A stretch of 64,000 nucleotides of DNA from Spirochaetia bacterium. Its GTDB lineage: Bacteria > Spirochaetota > Spirochaetia > UBA9216. The stretch's first letter is position 1. Every line of letters starts with the position of its first letter. Positions 50,062 through 60,073 of the stretch are shown piece by piece. The notes under the pieces are model-generated. The model had not been told where the DNA came from. It did not search any database and saw only the letters and a program-made list of their open reading frames with translations. The position numbers and the translations under genes were made by a program. The DNA is taken from NCBI GenBank assembly GCA_963675665.1, contig OY776510.1:864001-928000 (forward strand), written 5' to 3'.

Positions 50062-51450
50062 TCACCTTGTGTATGAGGAATCAATATTCAGTTCATTCCT
50101 GTATTTTGCTACAGTTCGCCTGGCAATACTAATTCCCTTCTGTTTAAGCAGATCAGATATTTTCTGATCGGACAATCTTTTTTCTCCTGAATATTCCTCA
50201 ATTATCTCCTTAATAATTTCCTTTACGCCGCCTTTTGAAAAACTTGTTCCCCCGGTGCCTGTACCGGAAACCGAATTGGAGAAAAAATATTTCAGCGGCA
50301 GAATGCCCCATTCTGTCTGTATGTATTTGGCGTTGGATATTCTCGAAACAGTTGTTTCGTGAACAGAAACAGTTTCGGCAATATCTTTCAGCGTCAGCGG
50401 CGCAAGATATTTCGGCCCTTTCAGGAAAAAATTTCGCTGAAAATCGATGATTGCAGATGATATCTTCAGAAGAGTTTCATTGCGCTGATTAACGCTCCTG
50501 ATAAACCACTTTGCTTCCTGAATATTGGCTTTAACGAACTGGCTGGCTTCTTTATACTCGTTGTTTTTATCGTTATTCAATTCCTGAAAGAATGCGTTTA
50601 AACCGAGGACCGGTATTTCTTCGTCATTCAGAATTATGATGAATTCGCCTTCTTTTTGTTCAACCATTAGATCCGGAATAACATATTTAACTTCATCTGT
50701 GGCAAACTCCCGCCCCGGAAATGGCGTATACCTCTTAAGCAGGGAAATAAGCTCCTGAAGCTCTTCCGGCTCTATTTTCATGGCTTTTGCTATTTCTTTG
50801 GTTTTGTTCTTTTCAAGCAGAGACAGGTAATTCTGTACAAGTTCGAACAGATGTTCCGGCGCGTCAGGATCAAGTTCTATCTGAACAAGAAGCGATTCTT
50901 TATAGTCTGAAGTACAGGTTCCGACCGGCTCAAAGGTCTGAATAAGTTTGATCATCCTTTTCAGAACAGGAAATTCTTCTTTTTTCACCAGTTTTTCCGG
51001 CGACTCTATATGAAAACCGTTGTTATCCAGGTTGTGGATCAACAGCTCTCCGATTTCGCGTTCGCGTTCAGGTATCTTCTGAACAGCCAGCTGCCAGACC
51101 AGGTTGTCCTGAAGTGATTCAGGACGGGAAAGTGTTCCTTCAATGAATTTCTGTTTTGAATCTGAAGCTTCAGTATCAACTCTTCCCGATGTTGTGTTGA
51201 AACCGGGATCCGAACTGTTTTCGAAGTACTCTATCTGGTCTTCGTTGCTTACCTGTTTGCTCTCGGCCTCTTCAAGAGATAATGTCGGTTTTTCAGAAAC
51301 AATTTCAAGGGCAGGGTTCTTTTCAAGTTCTTCCTGAATTCTTGTGTTCAGTTCCTGAATCGGCATAGCCATCAGTTGAATTGACTGGTACATCTGAGGG
51401 CTTAATTTTAATTTCTGTTCCTGTATAATTACAGGCTTTTGATACTGCAA
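50062..51450 (-). CDS. rpoN: RNA polymerase sigma-54 factor
   Basis: HETTVSR, LKYFFS, RpoN box ARRTVAKYR. Confidence 0.97.
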   Translation of the reverse strand: MQYQKPVIIQEQKLKLSPQMYQSIQLMAMPIQELNTRIQEELEKNPALEIVSEKPTLSLEEAESKQVSNEDQIEYFENSSDPGFNTTSGRVDTEASDSKQKFIEGTLSRPESLQDNLVWQLAVQKIPEREREIGELLIHNLDNNGFHIESPEKLVKKEEFPVLKRMIKLIQTFEPVGTCTSDYKESLLVQIELDPDAPEHLFELVQNYLSLLEKNKTKEIAKAMKIEPEELQELISLLKRYTPFPGREFATDEVKYVIPDLMVEQKEGEFIIILNDEEIPVLGLNAFFQELNNDKNNEYKEASQFVKANIQEAKWFIRSVNQRNETLLKISSAIIDFQRNFFLKGPKYLAPLTLKDIAETVSVHETTVSRISNAKYIQTEWGILPLKYFFSNSVSGTGTGGTSFSKGGVKEIIKEIIEEYSGEKRLSDQKISDLLKQKGISIARRTVAKYRNELNIDSSYTR

Positions 51451-51493
51451 CCGAACCTCCGAAGTTGATACAATCTAGTATGTGCCTACTATT

Positions 51494-51522
51494 AATATGA
51501 TTTAGCCGGAGTGATTTGTCAA
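51494..51522 (-). promoter_or_regulatory. Internal sigma70-like promoter upstream of rpoN
   Basis: TTGACA-17nt-CATATT on minus strand. Confidence 0.55.
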
Positions 51523-51535
51523 GGAAGATCAGAGT

Positions 51536-52297
51536 TTACATCCGGAAGTCTTCGCCGAGATAGATTTTTCGGGCTGTTTCGTTGGCAAGAAGTTCTTCCC
51601 GGTTGCCGGACACCATTATTTCTCCAAGATTGATAATATTGGCCCTTTCGGTAATTTCAAGCGTATCGCGGACATTGTGATCGGTAATCAATACGCCGAT
51701 ATCCATTGCCGAAAGATCTTCTATAATGCGCTTGATTTCGTAGACAGCTATAGGGTCAATACCTGCAAAGGGTTCGTCCAGAAGAAGAAACCGCGGTTCA
51801 ATTGCAAGGGCCCGGGCTATTTCTGTCCTTCGTCGTTCTCCGCCGGATAATGTAAAGGCTTTCTGTTTTCGTATTTTAATAATTCCCAGCTGTTCAAGCA
51901 GAAACTCAAGCCTTTCCTGTTTTTCGGCCTTCGGGATATCTTTTCTGGTTTCAAGAATGGACCAGATGTTGTCTTCAACGGAAAGTTTTCTGAATACCGA
52001 CGCTTCCTGCGGAAGATATGAAATTCCTTTTCGGGCACGCTTGAACATCGGATCATGGGTTATATCGTGTTCATCGAGCAGGATCTTGCCTTCGGTAGCT
52101 TTAATGAATCCTACAATCATGTAGAATACGGTAGTTTTTCCGGCGCCGTTCGGACCGAGCAGCCCGACTATTTCTCCTTTTTTCATCGAGAAACTGACAT
52201 CCAGAACAGCAATCTTTTTTCCGAATGTTTTTTTAAGTCCCTCGACCCTCAGGATTGATTTACTGTTCTTCTTCTGATGTAATTGATCCGCTGACAT
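51536..52297 (-). CDS. lptB: LPS export ABC transporter ATPase
   Basis: GPNGAGKTT, YLPQEASVFRKL, LSGGERRR, DEPFAGIDP, TDHNVRDTL. Confidence 0.95.
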   Translation of the reverse strand: MSADQLHQKKNSKSILRVEGLKKTFGKKIAVLDVSFSMKKGEIVGLLGPNGAGKTTVFYMIVGFIKATEGKILLDEHDITHDPMFKRARKGISYLPQEASVFRKLSVEDNIWSILETRKDIPKAEKQERLEFLLEQLGIIKIRKQKAFTLSGGERRRTEIARALAIEPRFLLLDEPFAGIDPIAVYEIKRIIEDLSAMDIGVLITDHNVRDTLEITERANIINLGEIMVSGNREELLANETARKIYLGEDFRM

Positions 52298-52937
52298 TTC
52301 CTTCCAGTTTTATTTCGTCCGTATCAAGATTAATAATTATTCTGGACGCTTCATATTTATCGCCTTTCCAGTATACACGGGGCATGCCTGTAAGCTCAAG
52401 AATATTCTCTTTTCGATCGTATCCCGCATATTCTGATCGGCACGACATTGTTTCCCCGTCCGAGATCTTCAATATTCTGACTCCGATCTGAAGAATGGTA
52501 AACTCTTCCTTGCTTTTATCCTCTATAAATCCGCTCTTTGTGATCAGTTCATTTTTACGATCTTCCATTTCGGAATACCCGTCTACAATTATCAGTTCAG
52601 TTTCACGGTTATATTCAAGGTTCTGGCACACCAGGGTTGTATCGTTTTCCTGATCGAGAACCGTTATATTTCCGCTGCAAACGGCCAGCACAAAGTCTTC
52701 TCCGTAAATATCTATTTTGTCTGCATGGATTTCCCTGTTGTCGGTGATTATTACTGCGTTTCCCTGAAGGACGGTGTGTTCCTTTCCTTTTGCAAGGATT
52801 GCTTCGGTTCGATCCGCAGAGAATGAAAACGTATCTTTTTCCGTTTCAGCCGGCTCTGGTTCCGCCTCCTGGGAGAAACAGGATATTGAAAAACAGAATA
52901 TCAGCATGACTGTAATAAAAAGGATTTTTTTATTCAT
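52260..52937 (-). CDS. lptA: LptA/OstA-like periplasmic protein
   Basis: Signal peptide, beta-jellyroll repeats, position between lptC and lptB. Confidence 0.75.
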   Translation of the reverse strand: MNKKILFITVMLIFCFSISCFSQEAEPEPAETEKDTFSFSADRTEAILAKGKEHTVLQGNAVIITDNREIHADKIDIYGEDFVLAVCSGNITVLDQENDTTLVCQNLEYNRETELIIVDGYSEMEDRKNELITKSGFIEDKSKEEFTILQIGVRILKISDGETMSCRSEYAGYDRKENILELTGMPRVYWKGDKYEASRIIINLDTDEIKLEGNVSGSITSEEEQ

Positions 52938-53490
52938 TTACCCAGGTCCCTGTCACCTGGCTTTCAAACCTGATTGACTTTGTTTTGCTGTCGGCAAAAA
53001 AGCCCTTGCCGGCGATTTCGGACCCGCTGGATTCAACAATTTTTATACTGTCATCCGGTTTCCCGGACAGGGTGGCGTTTTCATTGTCCCAAAAAAGGTA
53101 TTCTCCTTCAAGCGAAGCTTCCTCCCGCCGGGAATAAAAGTCGAGGTTTCCCCATAGTTCGACGCTTTCCGTTTCATTAAACATTTTGGCATTATCAGCT
53201 TTTCCGTCGGTAACTACAGCGCCGTCTTCGTCATATTCCTGAAAATGAACACTCTGAAAAACTGTTTCTTTTCTTTTTCCGTATGTAAGCGATTTATCTG
53301 CTTTTATATAGAAAGTGGGAACAGTATCTTTAACCATAACCTGTGAAAAATTGTTTAATATTGTGTCGGGTATTTCTTCATCAAGATCTTCAGCCATCAT
53401 TGATTCTTCATAGTTAAACTGACAACCGGTGAGAAAAAATGCTGATAAGACAACAAGAATAATGAACAGTATCAATTTTTCAGCTTGCAT
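52930..53490 (-). CDS. lptC: LptC-like periplasmic lipoprotein
   Basis: Start at ATG 53490, lipobox LTGC, GEYLFWD and IAGKGF segments, operon position. Confidence 0.75.
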   Translation of the reverse strand: MQAEKLILFIILVVLSAFFLTGCQFNYEESMMAEDLDEEIPDTILNNFSQVMVKDTVPTFYIKADKSLTYGKRKETVFQSVHFQEYDEDGAVVTDGKADNAKMFNETESVELWGNLDFYSRREEASLEGEYLFWDNENATLSGKPDDSIKIVESSGSEIAGKGFFADSKTKSIRFESQVTGTWVNE

Positions 53491-53580
53491 TATATGATTA
53501 TCGAGAAAATAGCTGAAAAAATCAATATTATAAACAAGTTGACATAGGAAACTCTCCACACTAAACTTAAAATACAGAAG

Positions 53581-54411
53581 GTGACAAGGCAAAAAATGAC
53601 GCGGTTTTTAAACGAAAAAGATTTCAACGATTTTAAAACTATGATATATGATGCCAGCGGCATTTATTTTTCCGATTCCAATGCTACAATTCTTGAAAGC
53701 AGGCTGAAGGATCGTCTTAGAAAAATGAATATAGAAACGCCTGCAGAATATTACCGATATATCAAACAGAATGAAGGAGAACTTAAGGTACTTCTTGATT
53801 CGGTAACAACGAACTTGACAAGGTTTTTCAGGAATACTGCCCATTTTCAGACATTTGAAAACCATGTAATTCCTGATCTTGTCGAGTACAAGAAAAAAAA
53901 CGGCGAAAAAACCATTAAACTGTGGAGCGCCGGCTGTTCAACCGGAGAAGAACCTTATTCTCTTGCAATGGTGATGAAAGAACTGCTTCCGCCGGACATC
54001 AGGTATGAAATAACCGCGTCGGATCTGAGTCTCCAATCGCTGATGACAGCCAAGGAAGGCTATTATGCCGATAACAGGATGAACGGCGTTCCGGAAAAAT
54101 ACCTTTCAAAGTATTTTGAAAAAAAGGACGGCGGTTATCGTGTAGTTGATGAAATTCGCAACAGCGTCAGGTTTGATTATCATAATCTTAAGTACGACAG
54201 CGGACAGAGTAACCTGGATATGGTTTTCTGTCGAAATGTTATAATATATTTTGATGAGGCAGCACAACAGGCTGTTATTGATAAATTCTGGAAATCAATG
54301 AATAATCATTCATATCTGTTTATTGGTCATTCCGAGTCTCTTTTCGGGATGAAAACTGAATTCGAATTTCTGAAAACAGACTGGGCATGTCTGTACAGAA
54401 AATTCAGATAA
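53581..54411 (+). CDS. cheR: Chemotaxis methyltransferase
   Basis: TTNLTRFFR, WSAGCSTGEEPYS, FCRNVIIYFD, IGHSESL. Confidence 0.96.
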   Translation: MTRQKMTRFLNEKDFNDFKTMIYDASGIYFSDSNATILESRLKDRLRKMNIETPAEYYRYIKQNEGELKVLLDSVTTNLTRFFRNTAHFQTFENHVIPDLVEYKKKNGEKTIKLWSAGCSTGEEPYSLAMVMKELLPPDIRYEITASDLSLQSLMTAKEGYYADNRMNGVPEKYLSKYFEKKDGGYRVVDEIRNSVRFDYHNLKYDSGQSNLDMVFCRNVIIYFDEAAQQAVIDKFWKSMNNHSYLFIGHSESLFGMKTEFEFLKTDWACLYRKFR

Positions 54412-54483
54412 TGGGACCCCAAAAACTGCAGTTTTTAGAGGTCCCCATAAAACAAAGGACAGGGTTTAGGGCTGGAGGATTGT

Positions 54484-55644
54484 TTGAACGCGAACGATAT
54501 ATCTGTACTTGTATGTGATGATTCCGCTTTGATGAGAAACCTGATCGGTCGCATTGTTGATAATGCCGAAGGGTTAAGTCTTGCCGGGAAGGCCATGAAC
54601 GGCAAATTTGCCCTTGAAAAAATCCCAAGACTTAATCCCGATATAATTGTTCTCGATCTTGAAATGCCGGAAATGAACGGCATTGAATTTCTTAAGGAAC
54701 GCAAGAGACGGAATATTGATATTCCGGTTGTTATACTATCGTCGGTAGCAAAAAAAGGCGCGGAAGTTACAATGGAAGCTTTATCACTCGGAGCATCCGA
54801 CTTTATAATGAAACCTTCCGACACGAACACGCTTAACCTGGATGAAATAGCAAATTCCATTGTAAAAACCCTTCTGGCTTACGGTAAAAAGCATCGCGGA
54901 GAAGGCTGGTCTCCGCCGCCGGCTGTTGTTTCGCAGGAAAAATCGAAAAAACCGACGGATCCGCAGAAAATAGCTGATGATTTTGTGGCTAAAACGATAA
55001 TTAAAACACCCGAAACCAGAAAAAATGATTATGCAAAGGTAAATACGGCGCGCGTTGAAACCGACAGGGTTGAAGCCGTTGTTATCGGAATTTCAACCGG
55101 AGGCCCCAATGCACTGCGGGAGGTTTTCCGGGATATTGATAAAAATCTCAAAGTTCCCGTCCTTGTTGTTCAGCATATGCCTGCCGGTTTTACCGAAGAA
55201 TTTGCCAGAAGCCTTGACCGGATTTGCCCGCTTGAGGTTAAGGAAGCCGCGGACGGAGATATTCTCAAGCCGGGAAGAATACTTATCGCCCCCGGAAATG
55301 CGCACCTTCGGATTGAAAAGAAGCGGCTGGCTGCAGTAGCAAGGTTGGATGAATCAGAACTTGTAAACGGACATCGCCCGTCGGCTGATGTTCTGTTTTC
55401 ATCAACAGCGGAGTCTTACGGCGGAAATGTTCTGGCGGTTATTATGACCGGAATGGGAAAGGACGGAGCCCGCGAAATCGGGACCCTGTATAACAAGGGG
55501 GCCGTAACAATAGGGCAGGATGAAGAAAGCTGTATCGTTTACGGTATGCCACGGGCTGCTTATGATGCCGGATTTATTCAGTATCAGCTGCCGCTTAAGG
55601 AAATAGCATCTAAAATATCGGAGATTGTCAGGGAAAAAAGCTGA
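54484..55644 (+). CDS. cheB: Chemotaxis response regulator methylesterase
   Basis: REC domain, GISTGGP, VQHMP, HRPSADVLF, MTGMGKDG. Confidence 0.96.
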   Translation: MNANDISVLVCDDSALMRNLIGRIVDNAEGLSLAGKAMNGKFALEKIPRLNPDIIVLDLEMPEMNGIEFLKERKRRNIDIPVVILSSVAKKGAEVTMEALSLGASDFIMKPSDTNTLNLDEIANSIVKTLLAYGKKHRGEGWSPPPAVVSQEKSKKPTDPQKIADDFVAKTIIKTPETRKNDYAKVNTARVETDRVEAVVIGISTGGPNALREVFRDIDKNLKVPVLVVQHMPAGFTEEFARSLDRICPLEVKEAADGDILKPGRILIAPGNAHLRIEKKRLAAVARLDESELVNGHRPSADVLFSSTAESYGGNVLAVIMTGMGKDGAREIGTLYNKGAVTIGQDEESCIVYGMPRAAYDAGFIQYQLPLKEIASKISEIVREKS

Positions 55645-55646
55645 TC

Positions 55647-56057
55647 TCAGCTGAATTTGCGGGTAATCTCGGGCATTCCCTTTTTTCCGGCTTTCCGGCT
55701 GGTGATAAAGTTAATTCCAAAGCCGGCGGCAATTCCTGCAAGTCCGGAAAGAACCTGTATTCCCTCGCCGGCGGACTCCAAAATAAACCTGATTCCGAAG
55801 AAAAAAACGAAAAACAGAAGCAGCGGAAAGATCATTACCATAAACGCCGCGCCGATGGTTTTCCCCGTCGGCAGAAAAACCTCAACTTTACTGCCCGGTT
55901 CAAGTTCGTATCCTTTTATGTTCACGGCCTCAAAGGTTTTATCGTTAACCCCGCCGCAGAAACCGTGGGCCGCGCATGACTGGCAGCTTTCACTGTCGCC
56001 GCAGGCCAGAGTAACTACATCATTATTAATTCTGATCACCGTTGCTTTCTCGAGCAT
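55647..56057 (-). CDS. RseC family protein
   Basis: SCQSCAAHGFC plus two C-terminal TM helices; start set at ATG 56057. Confidence 0.8.
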   Translation of the reverse strand: MLEKATVIRINNDVVTLACGDSESCQSCAAHGFCGGVNDKTFEAVNIKGYELEPGSKVEVFLPTGKTIGAAFMVMIFPLLLFFVFFFGIRFILESAGEGIQVLSGLAGIAAGFGINFITSRKAGKKGMPEITRKFS

Positions 56058-56868
56058 CGGGAACCTCCCTGCATTCTTTTCGTATGCGTTTGATTGATTC
56101 GGCATTACCGTCGTTGTTGAAATCGATAATAACGCCCTGCAGCTCAATGTTTTTCCATGCTTCCCGTGAGCGTTCGGGCACCTGGGTAATGAATTTTTCG
56201 ATTTCGACCGCCGGATCAAGACCGCCGACTGATTCCAGGCTGCCGGTCCGTCCGGTATCACAGATTATGGCGGTTCCGTTTGGCAGAACCTGTTCGTCTG
56301 CCGACTGGGCTTTTGTATGCGAGCCCACAACCGCCGAGACCTTTCCGTCCATCAGTCTGAACATGGTATATTTTTCCGCAGTTGTCGCCGCATGAAAATC
56401 CATTATGACAATGTCTGCCTCCGCCTTCAGTCTGGACGCCAGTTCCGGCGCGTAAGTGAACGGATTGCTCAGGTGGGTCCGCGGAAACCCGGATTGGCCG
56501 AGCATGGTAAAGACGCCTATCTTTTTATCTCCGCAATCGTAAACCCTCCAGCCCCGGCCGGGATTTCCCGGGGGATAATTTGCCGACCTGAGAATATACG
56601 GAGCTTTTACGATATGTTCAACAATGTCTTTTTTGTAATAGCCTTTCTCTCCGAGCGTCTGGCAGTCGATGCCGAGTTTTCTCATATAGACGGAATGGTT
56701 TTTTCCTATTCCGAAACCGCCGGTAACACCTTCGGTATTAGCTATTACAAAATCGATATTCTCTTCTTTCTTTAATTCCGGAAGAAGTTTTTTAATGCAG
56801 AAGACGCCGGCCTTTCCGACGACTTCTCCTATGCACAAGACTCTTGTATTGCTGGCGCTATTGCTCAT
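56026..56868 (-). CDS. YmdB/TIGR00282 family metallophosphoesterase
   Basis: GEVVGKAG, ANYP..NPGRG, DFHAATTAEK, GSHTK, DTGRTG; several metal ligands altered. Confidence 0.88.
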   Translation of the reverse strand: MSNSASNTRVLCIGEVVGKAGVFCIKKLLPELKKEENIDFVIANTEGVTGGFGIGKNHSVYMRKLGIDCQTLGEKGYYKKDIVEHIVKAPYILRSANYPPGNPGRGWRVYDCGDKKIGVFTMLGQSGFPRTHLSNPFTYAPELASRLKAEADIVIMDFHAATTAEKYTMFRLMDGKVSAVVGSHTKAQSADEQVLPNGTAIICDTGRTGSLESVGGLDPAVEIEKFITQVPERSREAWKNIELQGVIIDFNNDGNAESIKRIRKECREVPDARESNGDQN

Positions 56869-56911
56869 GAATATAAGATACAGAAAAGAGGAATAAAAGG
56901 AAAGCCTACCG

Positions 56912-57265
56912 TTAGAAGCTTTGAATAATCTCCCCGTCGTCGGAATTTAAATCAAGACTTATAAACATAAGATGATAATAGCAGGCTGAAAGCGTAATGT
57001 TGCCGCGAATTTTTCCCCTGTATTCCTTTTTCAGATCAGCCAGCAGTTTCTTATAATCCTCGCCGACATTGACCTTGTCTACGAAATTAAAATCTATGAT
57101 TACATTATCAGGACCGGATTTATCCAGCCGCAGGGAGCGTTTTTTTCCGTTATCTTCAAGATTATAATTCAGAAGGCGTTTCATGACTGAATCCGGACGG
57201 AGCATTTCCCTGATAAATATCTTCTTTTCTATGCGGAGTTCTCCGCCGCTGATTGAAAAATCCAA
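56912..57265 (-). CDS. Hypothetical protein, third gene of AAA/vWA operon
   Basis: TTG start 3 nt after the vWA gene stop; no recognised motif. Confidence 0.65.
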   Translation of the reverse strand: MDFSISGGELRIEKKIFIREMLRPDSVMKRLLNYNLEDNGKKRSLRLDKSGPDNVIIDFNFVDKVNVGEDYKKLLADLKKEYRGKIRGNITLSACYYHLMFISLDLNSDDGEIIQSF

Positions 57266-57268
57266 AAC

Positions 57269-58399
57269 TTATCCCTTAAACTGAACCGAATCGCCGAACG
57301 GCGGCGCTTTTTCCGGTTTTCGGGTCAGAATCCAAAGAACCTTTTGTTTTACAGACTCAGGCATTATCCCGTCGCCGTCGGTGAATACCAGGACAAGCCT
57401 CGCCGCCATACTGTCGGCAAGTCCGAACACCGGTCTGAAGTCGGTTCCGCCCTTCTTTACCCGGTCTTTTACCCTTAGAAATTTCTCAAGCGGCACCGGC
57501 CGGGTGCAGTCCGTATCGAAGCGGATCACCTGAATATCAGACTTGACTGCCCTCTTTAAAATCATCAGCTCTTTATAAAATTTCATTACGTCTTCATCAT
57601 TTATTGAGCTGCTTTCATCTATTGCAACAAGGGCCTCAATGCTTTTCCGTCGTTTTGTTCCCGGCAGATCGTCAAAACGTCTGGAAACCCTTTTTACTGT
57701 TTTGTGAATCTGCATCCTGCCCTTGCCCGAAATAAACTGTTTGAGAATACTGCGCCAGTTGACCTCTACCGAGGCATAGAGACCTTTCATGATTCCCTGA
57801 AGCGAACCGGGGATTTCCCCTTCCTGCGCTGCCTGGCGGGTAATTTCTTCCAGGCTGCATTCAACTGCGCTCTGATTAATCTCCGAAAGATCGGTATCCT
57901 CGTCGATTTTAACCGCTATTTCCCGTTCGTCCGGAAAGCGCAGCATCATTTTTTCATCCGTATATGAAAGCGGCAACGATTCCGGCGGGGCAGCCTCAAG
58001 AAGCGCGTCATAGTAGTATTCAGCGCTTCTCCCCGGCTCGAATTTGAAGGCAAGCAGCCGTGAAGCCTTCTCAACAGTAAGCGACTCTGCCGGCAGCATC
58101 TCCGGAATTATATGCTCGTTTGCAGCCAGGTCTCCCGCCATTGCCCAAACCTGCCTGTTTCGGCCGCCGCGCCGGAACGGGTGAAGCAGAATCAGATGCA
58201 GAAGTTCATGCAGAACAGCCCCGAATGCGTGATCCTCGCTCAATGATTCAAGCCATTCGGGGTTATAAACAAGCTGGATTACCGGTCCTATAACCATCTT
58301 TATCTGTTCAACCTCGGCGCTTTGAACGGTCTTTATGGTCGACAGAATATAGCCGAAAAAGGGTTTGCGCAGAAGCAGGTTCAGGATAATTTTATTCAT
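57269..58399 (-). CDS. DUF2201-type metallopeptidase + vWA-like protein
   Basis: LHELLH HExxH, IDESSS MIDAS-like, GGTDFRPVF, FTDGDG. Confidence 0.88.
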   Translation of the reverse strand: MNKIILNLLLRKPFFGYILSTIKTVQSAEVEQIKMVIGPVIQLVYNPEWLESLSEDHAFGAVLHELLHLILLHPFRRGGRNRQVWAMAGDLAANEHIIPEMLPAESLTVEKASRLLAFKFEPGRSAEYYYDALLEAAPPESLPLSYTDEKMMLRFPDEREIAVKIDEDTDLSEINQSAVECSLEEITRQAAQEGEIPGSLQGIMKGLYASVEVNWRSILKQFISGKGRMQIHKTVKRVSRRFDDLPGTKRRKSIEALVAIDESSSINDEDVMKFYKELMILKRAVKSDIQVIRFDTDCTRPVPLEKFLRVKDRVKKGGTDFRPVFGLADSMAARLVLVFTDGDGIMPESVKQKVLWILTRKPEKAPPFGDSVQFKG

Positions 58400-59472
58400 G
58401 TTGCAATAAAATCCACAATATTGTCGGCGACCTTGTCGAATACCGGCAGGTTGCAGGACAGGTAATCAAAATCTTCCGGGCGTTTTGTTACGAAATATTT
58501 GAAAAACATAATTGCAAACTCTTCAGGAAGAAATTCAATCAGGCTGTTAAGGTTGCCCATGTGAATTTCATTAAGCTGAAGAACCCCTACTATGTTTTTA
58601 ATAACAAGATTAAGAATATCTATCCGGTTTTTCTCAAGCAGGACCGCGAAAAAATCCTTCTGGCCTTTAAAATTTTCAAGGGTCTGCAGTGCTCCGGGGA
58701 CCGTTACATCGTTTGTTGCAAGCCACCCGAAAAAAGAGGCCGTTGCTTCAGGCCCTACAACCCCCGCAATAAGCAGTTCAAGCAGATGTCCTTCAAGCTC
58801 GCAGCTGTTCATTATATTCTGAACCTTGGTCCAGCCGCGCGGAGTAGGGTGTTTTGCAAGCGGATCGGATTCGGAGGTTTCCCTGGTTATCAGCAGCATA
58901 TCCGGGTTTGCATTCAGGTACCCGAGAACCTTGTCGTTGCTTCCGGTTTCTATCGAGTAATCGGTATAGTCTTCCATGTTTGCTGTTATCTCAAGCGAAA
59001 TAAAACGATCAATCAGGGCGTCGTCAAGTGCGTTTACGGTATAGTTGAGGTTGTCCGGGTTCATTGTCACGCCGATTTTCCAGCCCGGCGCAAGCGAATG
59101 GTTGTTTATACGGCCTTCAAGAAGAAGCGGGTACAGCACCGATACAGTGTCGCTGGGCACACGGTTTATTTCTTCAAAAACCAGAAGCCCGCGTTCCTGA
59201 AAGAGGCCCGCTTCAATCGCCCTGTTTGTAGGCAGAAACTGCGGGGCGAGATAGCGGGTAATTCCGGAATCGCTCTGTTTGTCGGGCAGGCCCATGAAAT
59301 CGGGACCTTCAAGCGCCGCGGCATATAAAGCCATATAGCCGATACCCAGTTCGTCGGCGCACTGCCTGTATGCAGAGGTTTTTCCGACCCCGCGTTCGCT
59401 GATCAACGCCGTAACTTCCGAAGTGTTTTGATAAAGTTCTTTAATACAGTGTTTTGCTTCGCTTATACGCAT
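58396..59472 (-). CDS. MoxR-like AAA+ ATPase
   Basis: SERGVGKTS Walker A, FEEINR Walker B, MNP, LDDALIDRF, TPRGW. Confidence 0.88.
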   Translation of the reverse strand: MRISEAKHCIKELYQNTSEVTALISERGVGKTSAYRQCADELGIGYMALYAAALEGPDFMGLPDKQSDSGITRYLAPQFLPTNRAIEAGLFQERGLLVFEEINRVPSDTVSVLYPLLLEGRINNHSLAPGWKIGVTMNPDNLNYTVNALDDALIDRFISLEITANMEDYTDYSIETGSNDKVLGYLNANPDMLLITRETSESDPLAKHPTPRGWTKVQNIMNSCELEGHLLELLIAGVVGPEATASFFGWLATNDVTVPGALQTLENFKGQKDFFAVLLEKNRIDILNLVIKNIVGVLQLNEIHMGNLNSLIEFLPEEFAIMFFKYFVTKRPEDFDYLSCNLPVFDKVADNIVDFIAT

Positions 59473-59607
59473 GGATCTACTCCTGAATCTTTCTAATAAG
59501 ATAAATATTTATCTATAAAAACCTAACATATAAACTGACAAAAGTAAAGGAGTCTCTTTTAAAACTTTCCCGTTTCTGTAATTGCATTTATTAAAATTGG
59601 CTCTGTG

Positions 59608-59808
59608 TTATTTCAGGTTTTTTTGAATTGAACCGTCGGGAAGCATGTTGTCGGGATGGTATTCGCCGCGGGCATCCATCTGCTTCCGGATACAATCCGG
59701 GTTGTTTATCCAGCAGTATTCGCTGACCCAATGCTCCTCAAGTTTGCCGGCATCGTAGAATCGCTTCATCGGGCAGATGCTGTACCAGTAACAGACCTTT
59801 TTTACCAT
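59608..59808 (-). CDS. Small Cys-rich protein
   Basis: CYWYSICP...YC......CIR...PDNMLPDG, four Cys in 66 aa; TAGAAT 5 nt before ATG. Confidence 0.7.
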   Translation of the reverse strand: MVKKVCYWYSICPMKRFYDAGKLEEHWVSEYCWINNPDCIRKQMDARGEYHPDNMLPDGSIQKNLK

Positions 59809-59833
59809 GGTTTATTCTATCATATTAAGAATA

Positions 59834-60026
59834 CGGGCGTCTCCCCCGGGCAGGACTCCGTCGGAGGCCCGCCCGGGGGCCGGGTCTTGCGGGGGTACCG
59901 CAGAAATTGTCAGGCTCCTGACAATTTCCGCCGCCTGCGGCGCCCCTCCACCCCCTGACGCGGACGACTAAAGTCGTTTGAACCGGTAAACCGGTTCTTT
60001 TGGAGTTTTGCTTCGCAAAACATCCG
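59834..60026. repeat. GC-rich multi-hairpin REP/MITE-like element
   Basis: IR pairs 59843-59851/59871-59879 and 59903-59914/59917-59928, plus CGCCGC-GCGGCG, GAACCGG-CCGGTTC, GTTTTGcttcgCAAAAC. Confidence 0.6.
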
Positions 60027-60073
60027 GAAGCATAATGGTTTTATCCGTGTTTTAATTTAACATTTTTAATATA

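Noticed and set aside
919-59328. Numerous antisense or nested ORFs in the track (e.g. 20380-21198, 36253-36831, 58561-59328)
   Set aside because: Shadows of well-supported genes, with no motifs or RBS
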